A stretch of DNA of 64,000 nucleotides from NCBI RefSeq assembly GCF_006345805.1, contig NC_043002.1:38254001-38318000 (forward strand), in the 5' to 3' direction. The translations under genes and the position numbers were made by a program. Below the pieces are notes generated by a model. It ran no database searches. It was not told where the DNA came from and saw nothing but the letters and a program-made list of their open reading frames with translations. Of the stretch, positions 36,573 to 50,251 are shown piece after piece (position 1 is the stretch's first letter; each line of letters begins with the position of its first letter). The stretch comes from Octopus sinensis (lineage: Eukaryota).

Positions 36573-37558
36573 GGAACATTCGTCGTCGTATATATAGATA
36601 TAGATATATAGGTCCATGTAATCTAACCTGTCACGTATTCTCTCACTAGCATGCTACAAGTACTGTCTCTCGAGCCCCTATTACCGCTTGACTGCCTAGA
36701 ATTAGCAGTCAACTTTCTCTCTTCAAAAGGAAGGAATACTGCAATATGTATTCTAGAAATTCTCTAACGATATATTGGTCGTAACTGAGAGAAATCTTGT
36801 GATGCGAATAATGAATTACGGTTGCCTTGACGCTAAAGAACTGCCATGTTGACAATTCTTAAAAGATTATCATTGTCTCTTCTGTGGTTGCCTCAATTTT
36901 CTTTCACCTCTTCTGAATTACTGAAATTTTCACTTAGCTCCACCTGAGCTTCTTATATACAAAATCTGTCTCCTTTTTGTCATTTATCCGGAGATCACTG
37001 TCAACAACTTTTCACCAATTTCCTCCAGAAGTTCTGAAGCTCTTCAGAATGTCCTTATATTCTAGTAAATAATTGTTTTGTCGATCTTTAAATATTTGAT
37101 TACAAGGACTGTTCCTGCCTATATGCTTCCAGGACCTCAATCTGGAATGTTAGCAAACGATGATAGCTAAAGTATATTCGGTCGGTGTAGCAATTTTTTC
37201 AGTCTGCAAAGAACAACATAGAACATAAGGTTTTACGACTTCTTAATTAATGAATTAATGAAAAACTTTATCGCACTAGTTTTGAAAATAACAAACAAAA
37301 CGATAGGTATATCAATGGAGGTGTTCCGTACTAAGTGGCCAGTTGAACTTTGAGAATTTTTCAAGCAACGGAGTACGATGGTGTCACATTCTCTTTAATC
37401 TGGAAGTTCCAATTCTACAGAATAAATACAAATACCAGCTAAGAGAACCGATACCTACAGAGGATTCATAGTGAGGAAGTTAAATTATCTCCAGTGCAGT
37501 GTTATATGACATATGTTTTGGATAGTGTTATAAAATGTCTGCAGGCTGTCCCCGCGGG

Positions 37559-37790
37559 GTAAGGTAGGTGATCATTGGAACAGATCCAGACAATATACAC
37601 GCTTTTAGACATATAAAAATATTTACGATGTATGAATATTAGAGTTCTACAAACAAATGTTAAAGTGTATGTATCCATTCATATACACGTATACAAATAC
37701 ACACACAACTTAGTTTGTATATGAAAGAAATTTGGAAATAGGTTTAAAGTGTATTGTATTTTCTAATGAATCTATTTTTTTACTTTACAG
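37559..37790 (+). other. candidate 232-bp spliceosomal intron
   Basis: GGG|GTAAGG donor, CTAAT branch-like motif at 37763, long T tract and TTTACAG| acceptor. Confidence 0.4.
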
Positions 37791-39147
37791 CAATCTTTAG
37801 ACGAAAATGGCGCTCGGTCGAAGAACACATTGACGTGATAATCATGCTGCAAGAAAACAGAACCCACACACAGGCGCTCACACATACACACATATGTACA
37901 TAAATACAAACATACTCACACACATACGCACACATATATATATTTGGAAGACCTTAATGTTTTTTTATTAAAGGATCATTCAGAGAGTGATAGTAAAGTC
38001 AAATCTATTTAATAATTCCGAACAAATTTCCAGTGACTTCTTTTACTAGCAACGTGTATTTTGTCACTAAAATCTAGTCCCCACTCTCTAACGTAGAGTA
38101 TTTTATCCAGCTGTAATATTTTTTCCAAAGTGATGTATGGTCGTGAATACTCTGAACCTCAACGGACGACAAATGTGAAAATCGTAATTTCAGCTTTCAC
38201 CAGTTAACATAGCATTGTTTGAGGTGAACAATAGATTCGTACTCTGATAACTTTTTGCCGAATATTCACTTATTTTTTAAATATTTCTACGATGTTTAAA
38301 GGAACAAAAATTCATAGAAGTGAGAAGCCAGCTATTAAATGAAACAAAAGCAAATATATATTTTCTCACATCAACTAGCTAATCACGCACGTTTCTATTT
38401 TTAGTTTGTTTTATTGCAAATATAGTATGTATTCAGCCCAACTCATCGTTGGAAATTACTTTCGGAAATGTTTGTGCTCCTCGATTTCCAGCTCCGTTAC
38501 CCGACAGGTACCTTTCTCTCTTATCTGGATTTTCTAAAGGTGTTGTTGTCAACTAATACTATTTGTTCTGATGGAACACATTCACTAAGTTTACTTGTCA
38601 TCTTAGATGTATTTTCGTTAATCTTCGCTGGTTGAGTAATGATTTCTGTCGCTGTAAAATTCTATCTTTTAATTTCATCAACACTAGTAATCTGCATGGA
38701 TTGGCGCCCGCAAGAAACAAGATTTGCTGGAGTTAGTTAGATCACAACAAGAATTTTATCTCGTTCAGTCCCTTTCTTTCTTTATTCGAAAACTGATTTA
38801 TGATGTTCTATTTCCAAGGCTAGAATTAGCGAAAGAAATGACAAAACAGCAATTCTTTTAACTATAGTTAAAATTTTGTTACAAATGTCTTTTACTAATT
38901 CTCTGATTATGGAAGCTTGTTGTCATTCTCAAACGTATTATTAATACGTATACGAATGAGATAGGCATTATTATAATTGTTAGTGTTTTACTGCTCAGTA
39001 CCTCCGGTCTTCTTTGTTCTAGTAGATTCTGTGAGAGCAGACAGCTGCCTGCTGTCAGAGGTCCCACAGGGTCTCTTTCCGCACATTATAAGCTTTGATA
39101 CTTGGTTATTAACTTTTGTGGGGGACAATCAACATCCAAGTACCAAT

Positions 39148-39182
<35 letters not shown>

Positions 39183-39213
39183 TATTATTATTATTATTAT
39201 TATAATTATTATG

Positions 39214-39248
<35 letters not shown>

Positions 39249-39797
39249 ATTTTTGCTTTAATAAAAAGAGGTTATAATGCACTCATTATAACAAATCTCA
39301 CTGGTTTTATGTAATGCAAAAATTATTGACAGCAGAAGGCTGTTTCCACAGAAGTCTGTGTGTGTGTGTGTGTGGTGTGTGTGTGTGTGTGTGTGTGTGT
39401 GCTTGTGTGTGACTACTTACTTTTAGACACATACACAACTATACCTTCAACTTTTAATGTAGATAGTTTTTTGGAATTCGATATATGGATATTCCGATTT
39501 TTCAGAGTGACTGTTGAAACCAGCTCTTATTGGCACTGGAATCCCTCATTAGCTTTAGTGAATACATAGTAAAATATGACATGCAATGCAAATAATAAAG
39601 TAAATCATACATGCAACGTTTTTAACGACCAGCTAGAGTGGTATTTCATTTTTTATTAAACAAATTTACGTAATAATATTTTGGAAATATAAAGCTTAAT
39701 GACTATACACACACACGCACAAAAACATATATATGTATATATATATATGTATGTATATATATATTTAGATATATATAGGTGTATATTATATATATAC

Positions 39798-39862
<65 letters not shown>

Positions 39863-39865
<3 letters not shown>

Positions 39866-40269
39866 TCTTTTACTCTTTTACTTGTTTCAGTCATTTGACT
39901 GCGGCCATGCTGGAGCACCGCCTTTAGTCGAGCAAATCGACCCTGGGACTTATTCTTTGTAAGCCTAGTACTTATTCTATCGGTCGCTTTTGCCGAAATG
40001 CTAAGTTAGGGGGACGTAAACACTCCAGCATCGGTTGCCAAGCGATATTGGGGAGACAAATACAGACATAGAAACATATACACACACATATATATATACA
40101 TATATACGACGGGTTTCTTTCAATTTCCGTCTACCAAATCCACTCACAAATCTGTGGTTGGCCTGAGGCTATAATAGAAGACACTTGCCCAAGGTGCCAC
40201 GCAGTTGGAGTGAACCCGGAACCATGTGGTTGGTAAACAAGCTACTTACCACACAGCCACTCCTGCGCC
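39863..40269 (-). mobile_element. full-length tRNA-derived SINE (family A)
   Basis: Minus strand GGCGCAGGAGTGGCTGTGTGGTAAG (A box), GGTTCCGGGTTCACTCC (B box), internal (TA)/(TG) tract, (GAGTAAAA)n tail. Confidence 0.92.
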
Positions 40270-40284
40270 TATGTATATACATAT

Positions 40285-40470
40285 ATATGTGACCTCGTGA
40301 GTACCGCCAGCGATTTTTTTCCTCTGTCTTCCCTTCTCGGGATCTTTCCTTCTCCTATGTTTCCGACGAAGAGCTCCGCTTCTCTCCTGAGCGTCCAATA
40401 ATACTTTATTTGTTCCACGTCCTCGCGTTGCTGTGTTTTTTGGTTGTTTTCTTGTTTGGATTAACTTTAT
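40285..40470 (+). mobile_element. short repeat family E with truncated CCGACGA hammerhead-like half
   Basis: GTTT-CCGACGA-A-GAGC-TCC-GCT followed by a deletion; downstream CCTGAGCGT...TTGTT..CAC similar to families D and E. Confidence 0.5.
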
Positions 40471-40476
40471 ATATAT

Positions 40477-40525
<49 letters not shown>

Positions 40526-40567
40526 TATCATTACATACACACACACACACATACATATATATATATA

Positions 40568-40623
<56 letters not shown>

Positions 40624-43600
40624 GTACATATATGTAAATATATATATATATATATGTTTACTTTTGTTATTTTTTTTTTACTCATACTTGTTTCAATCAA
40701 TAGTCAGCAATCATGCTTGGGCATATCCGTCACTCGTTTTAGTTAATCAAGATCATCTCAATATTCAGTTCAGTCTGGTACTCATATTACTGAATCTGTT
40801 TATTGAACCGTAACTTTTCAGAACATAAAGAGGAGACAAGTGCGAAAGTAAGAACCGTTAATATACTGATGTAAATATAAATACATAAGCATACGTGCAC
40901 ATGCGCAAGCGCAGTTTTATTGAAACCGTAACACTTTAGATTTAGTCAGGCAAATTAATGATTTTGATAGATTATATAGATGGCATTTTCGTTCTTAGTT
41001 ATATGTTTTCGAGTATTTACTGTATAATATGTATTCCAGGGATTAGGAATCAAGCAGAATTGGTAGAGAAGTAAATGAAATTCTTTTGACATCTCAGTTG
41101 AAATCTGTAATTATACTGAGGTAAATAATATATATAGTAAGACTAGCTGAATTAATTTTAAATTAGCAGTTGTGTCATATGCAGAAAGCTGCACTCTTAT
41201 CAATACAGATTAGAGCGCATTTGTTGGGCACGTAATAAAACATGTAAAACATAGTCAGCTGATGCACTTTATTTGTAGAAGTAACTAGTAATCTTATAAA
41301 ACGAATGTTTGCCTAAACTTAGATCGTGGAAAGATTAATTAAACAATTTGATTGTAGCCTAAATTTATACAATGCTATTTTAATTAAGTTTGGATTTACT
41401 TCAAGCTTACATTTAAGTTGTAAATTGCAAATTTGAAACTGATACCACATATTGCCAATATTAAGAGCATGTTTGAATAAAAGGGACTAATAAGACGATA
41501 AACAGGTTTAGTTAAATGGGCCTAGTAAGAGTATATAATATGTAATATTAAACGTTACGTGCGATGTTAGTGCTTTTTATTAGTTTTCGCTTTTTTTATA
41601 TCATCCTTAACTTTTATACATTTCTCCCTCACTCACTGGTTGATGGTGAACAATTCTCAATTGGAATCTTATCTTCGACCGCGTATTTCCTTTCGATAAA
41701 TATGTAGTTCTGTTACAAAGGAGTGTTTAAACAAGATGGACGGGCGAATTTTCCCCTCGTAATATAATCTACAACTAATCGTTGATTATCTAATATTTCC
41801 TTCTTTTACCATATTAGTGTCTGTCTTTTAAATCAAGGTATGCTCTTGTGTTTATCTATTCCCATACACTTATTTAATTATATTTTTGTTTTCATATGTT
41901 TGTATTTACAATTTATGTGTTTATGATTTGTATTCCGAGTGCAAAAACATTTATGCGTGTATTCTTGAATACTTGTAGTCTATAATATTTTGTACTGTTT
42001 GAACAATCGGAAAGAGTGATTCTGCATTAAGGTGTAGAAATCACATTGTTATCCAAAAGGCAGCTGACGATGAAAGATTGTTTTAATTAAATATAACTTG
42101 CATTCATTCGTTAATGTTTCTGCTCGTGTCACTGTCCTATTTGTTTGACTTACACATAAGATAATGCATGTTTTATTCAAAATCTCAGTTGTTCCTTAGT
42201 ATATATATATATGAAGTATTTATAAATAAGCTGGATCAGCTCCGCTTGTTAATCTTTGGTGCAAGAGGCACAATGCCTGAAATTTTGGGAGAGGTGAGAA
42301 TTGGCGATTTCTTCGACCGTGGTAATTGACAGTTATTTATTTTATCGACCTTGAAAGGATGAAAAGTAAAGTCGGAGTCGGTAGCATTTGAACATAAAGC
42401 TCCGCTTGTTAATAAACACATATATCACAGTATGCGCTGAGCTCTGTTTTTATTCCATGATGAACGTACCAATGTACATACATATATACATACACACATA
42501 CATACATACCATATGCATTTGCAAACCAGGAACAAGAAATATCAACCAAGTATCTGATGATCTTTGACATCAGCATGCGACGTCAGACTCGCGTGAGTTG
42601 GACTATATTCAGTTAAGATGAATCCAGTATTTAATTGGTTCTAATTTTACCGAATATCGAGTATATTTGAATTGGGTTTAGAAATGTCGCTTTAAGTAGA
42701 GCAAAACACAATCCCCCTCACCGATAATTCTTCTACTCCGTCTCCATAATGGCATTTCTATTATTGCTTGCAGATTCTCAAGCAACGAACTGTTAATATA
42801 TTCTAGCAGAATGAATGAAAATGTATATTATTATATACTGAACTCATCGTATGTCACAAGCTTAATTGGATGAGTATCCATGTAACTCTTTCTTAATGTA
42901 ATATGTGCGGTCAGAAATCGCTGATACGAGGAGGAAATGAAATAATATAATTCAATCGGGAATCAAACCAGACTTCCCTCCGTACGGTTTACCCTTAATC
43001 TATGTCTTAGACAATATATTTTCATAGAGATAATTACTAAGACACAGTAGCATGTTTAATACTACAAGTAACTATAATGATAATGAATTAAGGATCATCC
43101 AATACAGCAACTGTTGTTAAGGAAGTGGGAATTGCAGTTATTGCAGTTGCCTTTAGGAAACTAGCAGGTTAAATTTATTCCTACTCAACTTCAAAACCAA
43201 AGAGGAAGAATGCTAACACTTCAATAGATCGGAAGGTTACATCCCCACCCCATCAACAACAGAAAAACGAATTGCATATTTTATTAAAGTTAAATTGTGT
43301 TCAAAACCCTAGAGGAATTAAAATAAACTTAGTTATTTTCTCAAGATATAATAAAGTGTTTTTGTAGTGGTTCCTGAAAATTTTTAGCAATATTTTCTTG
43401 TATCTATTCCTTAGAAAACTTAGACATAGTGGAAAAAAACAACAACAGTCACTTTTAAATATAATACACAACTCAATTCTATTGTAAAATAGTTCAGGTA
43501 CTAGAATACATTTAATTTTCTAATTAGAAAATTCATGTCTGGGGGGACAGAACTAGATTATATGTTTGGAAAGTTTTGATAGTCTTCCTGTGCCGTTGGT

Positions 43601-43887
43601 AGAACGATAATTAGGACAATTTTAGAACGGCGCTATCAAATAACTACATGGAAAAATTCGTAAAATCCCATCATTTACAGGTTTATAAGGTGCTGTATAC
43701 TTTTTGTTGGATGCTGATGCACATTGATAACTTTTACTCAGGGATATCATTAAAAAATAAATCATTTCAATGTAAATAAAATACCTGAAAACTGTTAATT
43801 CGAAAGGCACCACCAGACATAAAGTTGTTTAATCATATTACTTGGCAATTGTTCATGTTATATGAAATTCTGGTGCTTTTGTTATTT

Positions 43888-44400
43888 TATTCTTTTATTC
43901 TTTTACTTGTTTCAGTCATTTTTCTTTTTACTGTGGACATGCAGGAGCACCGCTTTTCTTATAGTTAAAGAAATCGTTCCCAGGATTTATTCTTTATAAG
44001 CCTAGTACTTATTCTGTCAGTCTCTTTTGCCTAACCCAATGTTTAAAATTGTACTCTCGTATATTAGTCGTTAAGGCTGTGTGGTTCAAAAGCTCATTTT
44101 GCAACCGCGTAGTTTCTGGTTCGGTTTCACCGCGTGTCACATCGGAACATGTCTTCTACTATAACCCGGGCTAAGTAATATTTTATGAGAGAGTTCCATA
44201 GAAAGAAACTGTGTGGAAGCACAGTGTATATAATCGTATATATTTATGTCCTTGTAACCTAGCGGCCCAACAAAAATGATTACGATATAATAATTAACAG
44301 ACATTAAAAAATATGCACTGGGGTCAGTTTATTCGACTGGACTTTTCGAGGCAGTGATCCAGCATGACCGCAGTCCAAGGACTGAAACAAAGTATAGAAA
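43888..44400. mobile_element. two degenerate family A SINE copies (minus 43888-44040; plus ~44075-44400)
   Basis: TTTTACTTGTTTCAGTCA...AAGCCTAGTACTTATTC, and GTGTCTTCTACTATA...CAGCATGACCGCAGTC...ACTGAAACA. Confidence 0.7.
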
Positions 44401-46666
44401 TAGAAGTTATTACATAAGATATATAATAAAGCGTAATCCTTATATTTATTAAAGTCGATAATATTTAATTAAATGGAATAAGAAATTTATAATAATTATG
44501 ATTGACAACTAATTATAAAACATATAGTATTGTGGGTACCTTTATATCTTTACAAACATCGTCAGAAATAAGCTATAAAGTATCTATGAAGACTTTCATG
44601 ATTAAATAGATTAAGAGCCGATTAATGTCTAAGCAATAAGAACTGTTCCTTAAAATTAGATATGAAATTTAAGTTTCTTTAAATTTCAATCTAGTTATGA
44701 AAACAAAATAGTTAAAATAATTAACCAATGAAAACAAAATGAAGGCATGCTCATCAATAAGTTAATCAATAAAGATAATTGTATCTAAAGGAGACAAGCT
44801 AAGACGTTTGACCGGTTACTGACTACCGCCTAAGAATTTTGAAGTATTTTGAAGTCCGATTGTCCAAACAATATCTGACAGAAGATAGTGAAGACTGCAA
44901 AAAAACTGTATCATTTAAGGATTCATTGGAAAGTTAAACGATCCTGATTGAAAAAAATGATTTACACACATTAAAATTAGAATGAAAAGTAGGTAGCTTG
45001 TAAAATTACCTCTTATTCCTTGTTAAGGGTCTAACAAACGAAAATAATTCAAAGGTAAATATGAAATAGACTATTGATTTTCTTACACACACCAATTCGA
45101 TTTCTGATAGCCTTAAGTTCTTTTAAAATATGTTTGAAACTGCTTTGTTAAAGGAAAACTATTTTAGATATGGAAGACTAAGTTTCATACATCTTAACTA
45201 AGATCTGTCATGATTGGCAAAATTTCTAAAAATTTGAAATTTTTCTTGTAATATCTTTCTGTAATTATAAAACATTGTATTATAATTATCGGTAAATCTT
45301 CCATTTCTAAATCAGGTTTTAAATCGTGAAATATAAATTCGGGAAATATAACTTTCTAAATAACTTCTAGTATCACAACAAAATGGCTCCTAATAATCTA
45401 CCCTGCATAACTCCAGATGAAATTAAGCTAGTATTTGAAAAACCGAAATGTACTACACAAGACAAACAAACTGAGATGTATTATTCAAATAACATTATGC
45501 CAACTCAGTATATATTGTTAGTATATACAAATTCATATATACTTCCATTATATAGTTTACTTAGACGTATTATCAAATATTCAAATAATGGTTAGAAATA
45601 TCTGAAAATTCATTGTGTTAACTTAAAATTTAACCTAAAAGTTCCGTCCGTTCAGTTAAGCATATTATAAAATCGGATGGCTGTTGATCTTTTACGTAAG
45701 ATTCCAAATTGTGAATCGAAATTACTTCTAAAAAAGTGCAAATTTGTCTTCAAACATTGATTTTATAACTGTGGTAGTTCTGAAGTAATCTAATGCAACG
45801 AGAATTTTTCATTTCTGATTGGAACACTTTTAAAGAAAAATAAATATGGTTTAGATTAACTACTGACCTTTGATGCTCTTTACAAATACAAATTACACAT
45901 TTCCGATAGCAGTTCTGAGATTTTGCAAGAAATGTTGGTGATTTTTTAAAAAGTTAAATGATACCATCTGAACCTGATGAATTTTCTGGATTCAATTTTA
46001 AAAGGTAATCAAAATTTATATCTGAAGTAATTTTTTTTTTAATTTGATCAGTAAAACGATCATTAGCAAAATTAGTATTAATATCTTTCCCGCAGTCTAA
46101 AATAAAAATTTAAATAACTTATCAAAAGCGGTTGCTCTATCTAACTATCAAAAATTAATTATCATTAGAGATTACAAAAGGTATTTTTTTTTTTACAAAT
46201 TAACCTAGATTGAATACACTTCCAGAAATGCTTATCTTATCTGATTCCGAATTTAAATTAAGTGTTCGTAGTTAAAAATCAACCTGACATTTTAATATTC
46301 TAGGTACAGTAGGTGCATATAACTATTTCGATAGAGCGATAGGTTTGCTTCATCAACGAAATAAAACGTTAAACATTTTACTGAGGAAATCAGATAGATC
46401 CAGTCAAAATGATATTACTTTTAACTACGGAAAACAGTTTTATATACCTATCCATCTTTTGCCACGGAATGTCATGTTTGAAACTGTTTCCTCTGGAGAC
46501 ATTTCATGTTTATTGAAGTAACCTGACTTACAGATAATATCAATTCTATTTTTCGGATAATATTTAACTTCATTACTGGAACGTCCATGAAATTTGATTT
46601 CGTAGTTAAAAGTTTAAAGTTTATTTCCCCAACTATTAATGATTTCAAAAGTAGAATGCTTTCATT

Positions 46667-46870
46667 TATTCTTTTACTTGTTTAAGTCATTTGACTACGG
46701 CCAAGCTGGAATATCAGTTTGAAGGGGTTTAGGAGAAAAAATTTGCCCCAGGACTTATTTTTAAAACCTAGTACTTATTGCATCATTCTCTTTTGCGACA
46801 CCACTAAGTTCAGGAGACGTAAATACACCAACACCGGTCGTCACGGGGTGATAGGGGACAACTACAGTCA
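46667..46870 (-). mobile_element. family A SINE 3' half
   Basis: CTTTTACTTGTTT.AGTCATTTGACT.CGGCCA...CCTAGTACTTATT...CTAAGTT...GACGTAAATACACCAACACCGG. Confidence 0.75.
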
Positions 46871-46922
46871 CAGACACACGCACACATACATATGTCCATA
46901 TACACACACACACACACATATA

Positions 46923-46958
<36 letters not shown>

Positions 46959-46959
<1 letters not shown>

Positions 46960-47814
46960 GTCCTTCCAATTGTTGTTTCTCTTGTCTGCCTTCTATCGTC
47001 TATCTGTCCGAATGTTTTATTGTATTCTATTGCGTTTTAGTTCCATTTTTATATGTATATATACATATAGCGGCGTACGTACACACTTGTACTCACCTTA
47101 TAGTAAGTATGTATCTAAATTGTGTACGATTTCTACTCTATCTTTTATTCCACCCACTTTCTTCCATTTTTCTTTTTCTCGCTCCCCCTCTCCCATTTCT
47201 TGACCCTCTCTTTAGCTCCCACTATTTCCCACTCGCTTATCTCCCCTGTACCTTTCTCTTTGTCTGATGTTTTCTTATCCTATAACCCAGCTGTCCCCTA
47301 CCCATCTCTCCTCCTTCGATGTCACAGGTGTCCAGCCAGACATGATCTTTTCTTTCTTGGCCTGACTGCCGACCGTCAACACCACTTGTGTCCATCTCCT
47401 ATGTTCCTACCTTTAGGCTTTCACTTCATACACGCCAGCTCAATTTGATCGTTCTCAGTCGAAAGACACCTGTTGTTATTTTCTTGTTGTTTGTATTCGT
47501 AATTGTGTACCATGTTCTCCATTTTTCGTCTTTTTGTGCACCATGTCTCTGTTTTATGTTACCGCACATATTCGCTAGCTTTCTTACAAAGGGCTCTAAT
47601 GCTCTTAGCATAGAATATTTTGGGGGCAACCAGATCGAACAGTCTCAAGTGTAACTGCCCGAAACAGTCGTGACTGAGGAAAGAAGACCACGAATGACTC
47701 GTCATTCTTTTGCCTGTCTTTCTAATTGTTGCTTCTCTTGTCCGCCTCGTATCGTCTATCTGTCCGAATGTTTTATTGTACTCTATTGCGTTTTTGTTCC
47801 ATTTTTATATTTAT
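46959..47814 (+). mobile_element. element bounded by ~100-bp direct repeats (pseudo-LTR-like)
   Basis: 46959-47058 and 47715-47814 share AATTGTTG.TTCTCTTGTC.GCCT..TATCGTCTATCTGTCCGAATGTTTTATTGTA.TCTATTGCGTTTT.GTTCCATTTTTATAT; both ends run into (TA)n. Confidence 0.55.
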
Positions 47815-47823
47815 ATATAAATA

Positions 47824-47877
<54 letters not shown>

Positions 47878-49039
47878 ATATATATATAAACAACGGGCAT
47901 CTTTAAGTTTCCGTCTACGGAGCCCACTGACAAGGCTTTGGTTTGGTCATCCCGAAGCTTTAGTAGAAGACACTTGCCCAAGGTGCCACGCAGTGAGACT
48001 GAAATCGGAACCCTGTGATTGAGCAGTGAGCTTCTTACCACACAGCCAAGCTCGTTTCAAAATCCTAGTCTATTTAGTTTCAATCCCTACAACATGGCAT
48101 CCATTGTAATTATATTCTAATATCGCTTTAAAAGAAATTTTCAGAGGCATTATGGAGACATTGCAGTTATTTTTGTCGGCGATTCATTTTTCACACGCAT
48201 GTAGAAGGATATGAGAGACACATCAGCATTAGCATCTAATAACTAAAAATACTGCTTTGTTATTCAATCAGCAATTGCAAGAAAGAAACAGGTTTTACCT
48301 GGTGCTTAATACTTCATTATGGATTTTTGATGTCTATCTTGATTTCTGTTGAAATTCTCGATCACTGGCATGTTAAAGAAATTACATCTGATATGTGATT
48401 AATAAAAGTAAAGGTGTGACTTAAGAGTGTTAATAGAATTACTTCAATTCTACGCGAGATAGCAGTTCACAGCACGGTTTCAAAATGCTCCGACACAGGC
48501 TGTAACAGTGACATTTGCAGTGTACGCTAGGTGCGGTCTTTTAAGTGAATTATGGATAAAATTTTAATTGATGAAAATTAGTTAGAGTGTTCAATGGAAA
48601 GGGAAAATCCGTGGGAAACAATAAATAAATAAATCCTGATTTCAATAAAAGAGTCAGCATTTTAACAATAGTGTTATAATGTTTAAAAAACCGTTTTGAA
48701 CATAAAGATTACTTTTCTAAATAATACAATCTTTTTTAGAAACATACTGTGAGTCAGTGTAGTTAGCGGAGTGTGTTTGGGTATGAGTGTTTGTGTATGA
48801 AAATGTACATGCGTGTGTTCACTCGTGTATTTATGTGTGTACATACGTATTTATGGATGTATGTGTGTTTGTATGAGCATATGTGTGTGTATGTATATAT
48901 GGACGTATATATGCATATATGAACATATGGATGGATGGAGACTGTTTACATCACATGGAAAGCATCCTTGCAAAATTGTAGCATTATGAGTTCACGAGAA
49001 ATTTGTTGAAACATTATTTACAATGGGCGGACAGGAGTC

Positions 49040-49520
49040 CTTGCTGTGTTTGTTTTTTTCCACAACATTTCAGCTGATGTACTCTCCAGCCTTGATCAGA
49101 TGCTTTGGTGGAATTTCGAACCCAACCCTTTATTTCACTAATGGGGTACACTTTTCTCATTCCTAAGGTTTTTTTTTTTTGCTGACTTTATATTTTGCTG
49201 ATATTGTTACCCAAGGCCCTGCCTGGGTTTGAATTCAGAATCCGAGGGTAAGTAGCCCGTATGGGCATATAGCGCAGTGGATAAGAACGCGGGTTACTAA
49301 CCCTCGCATTCTGAATTCAATCACAGGCAGGGAGGAGGGAAATAATATCAACAAAATATAACATCTGCAAAATAAGAATACCCCTAAGAATGAGAACAGT
49401 GTGCCCCATTACTCAAATAACGGGTTGGGTTCGAAATTCCACTAGAACACCTGATGAAGGCTGGAGAGTACATCAGCCGACACGTTGTGGAAACAACAAA
49501 CAAGGTGAGAAATAACGTAC
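49040..49520. mobile_element. fold-back dimer of family G tRNA-head + hammerhead element
   Basis: 49040-49260 is a diverged reverse complement of 49289-49505; the 28-bp spacer carries the A box TAGCGCAGTGG; hammerhead motifs at 49448-49489 (+, GAAA>GACA) and 49061-49102 (-, CTGATGA>CTGATCA). Confidence 0.8.
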
Positions 49521-49977
49521 ATAAATCCTTGTCTCAAAAAAATAGAATCGTATTTATTGAAACAGTTGAAACATTTGTGGAGAAGGTAGGTTCTTATGTC
49601 TCGTTTACCATACAGCTAAGTGACTGAATTATAAAAGTTAGCACTGACATGGTAAAATAAGATTCAATTGCCTAAAATGTTGCCTGCATGCCAATGTTCC
49701 TGTATGCTTTTATATTCATTCGCATATTTTTGACTAGACATATTGCTCCAAAAATCCAGGTGACTTAATTGTTCAATTAGCAGTCAATTCGTCGAGGAAG
49801 TATTTGATCACGAGTGTCTTGTATCCCGTTATTCTGTGTTTGTGTCAAGAGAATAATTGGAAGAATTAATAACATTTATTTAATTCATCTTTACTATATA
49901 TATATATACACACATATACACTGACACAAACGCGCACACACAAACAAACACATACACACACATGCACATACATATAT

Positions 49978-50177
49978 ATGAGGGTGTGCTGAAGAGTTCC
50001 TGGCTTTAAGGGTATCACCAAATGCCTGGTTGGAGGCCCAAACTTTTCAGTTCTTTTACAGAACTGAAGAATTGTTGCAATAAATGTGTGCATCTGAGAG
50101 GGGAATATATTGAGTAAAATCACAGTTGACTGGTCCGCCTGTATTTTTCTTACCCAATGCCAGGAACTTTTCATATG
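49978..50177 (+). mobile_element. mariner-derived non-autonomous element (~200 bp)
   Basis: TIR-like ATGAGGGTGTGCTGAAGAGTTCCTGGC ... GCCAGGAACTTTTCATAT; the interior encodes the transposase C-terminus ELKNCCNKCVHLRGEYIE*. Confidence 0.8.
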
Positions 50178-50178
50178 A

Positions 50179-50251
<73 letters not shown>

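Noticed and set aside
38990-39110. LINE RT fragment (LLSEVPQGL resembling SGVPQGS)
   Set aside because: Only one short motif matches and the flanking RT motifs are absent.
42554-42573. CTGATG...CATCAG hairpin as a hammerhead or snoRNA
   Set aside because: A simple inverted hexamer; no GAAA or stem arrangement and no C/D box spacing.
44400-46660. Gene with tiny introns from a parasite or contaminant
   Set aside because: Removing short GT-AG segments did not give a continuous frame; stop density looks like random AT-rich DNA.
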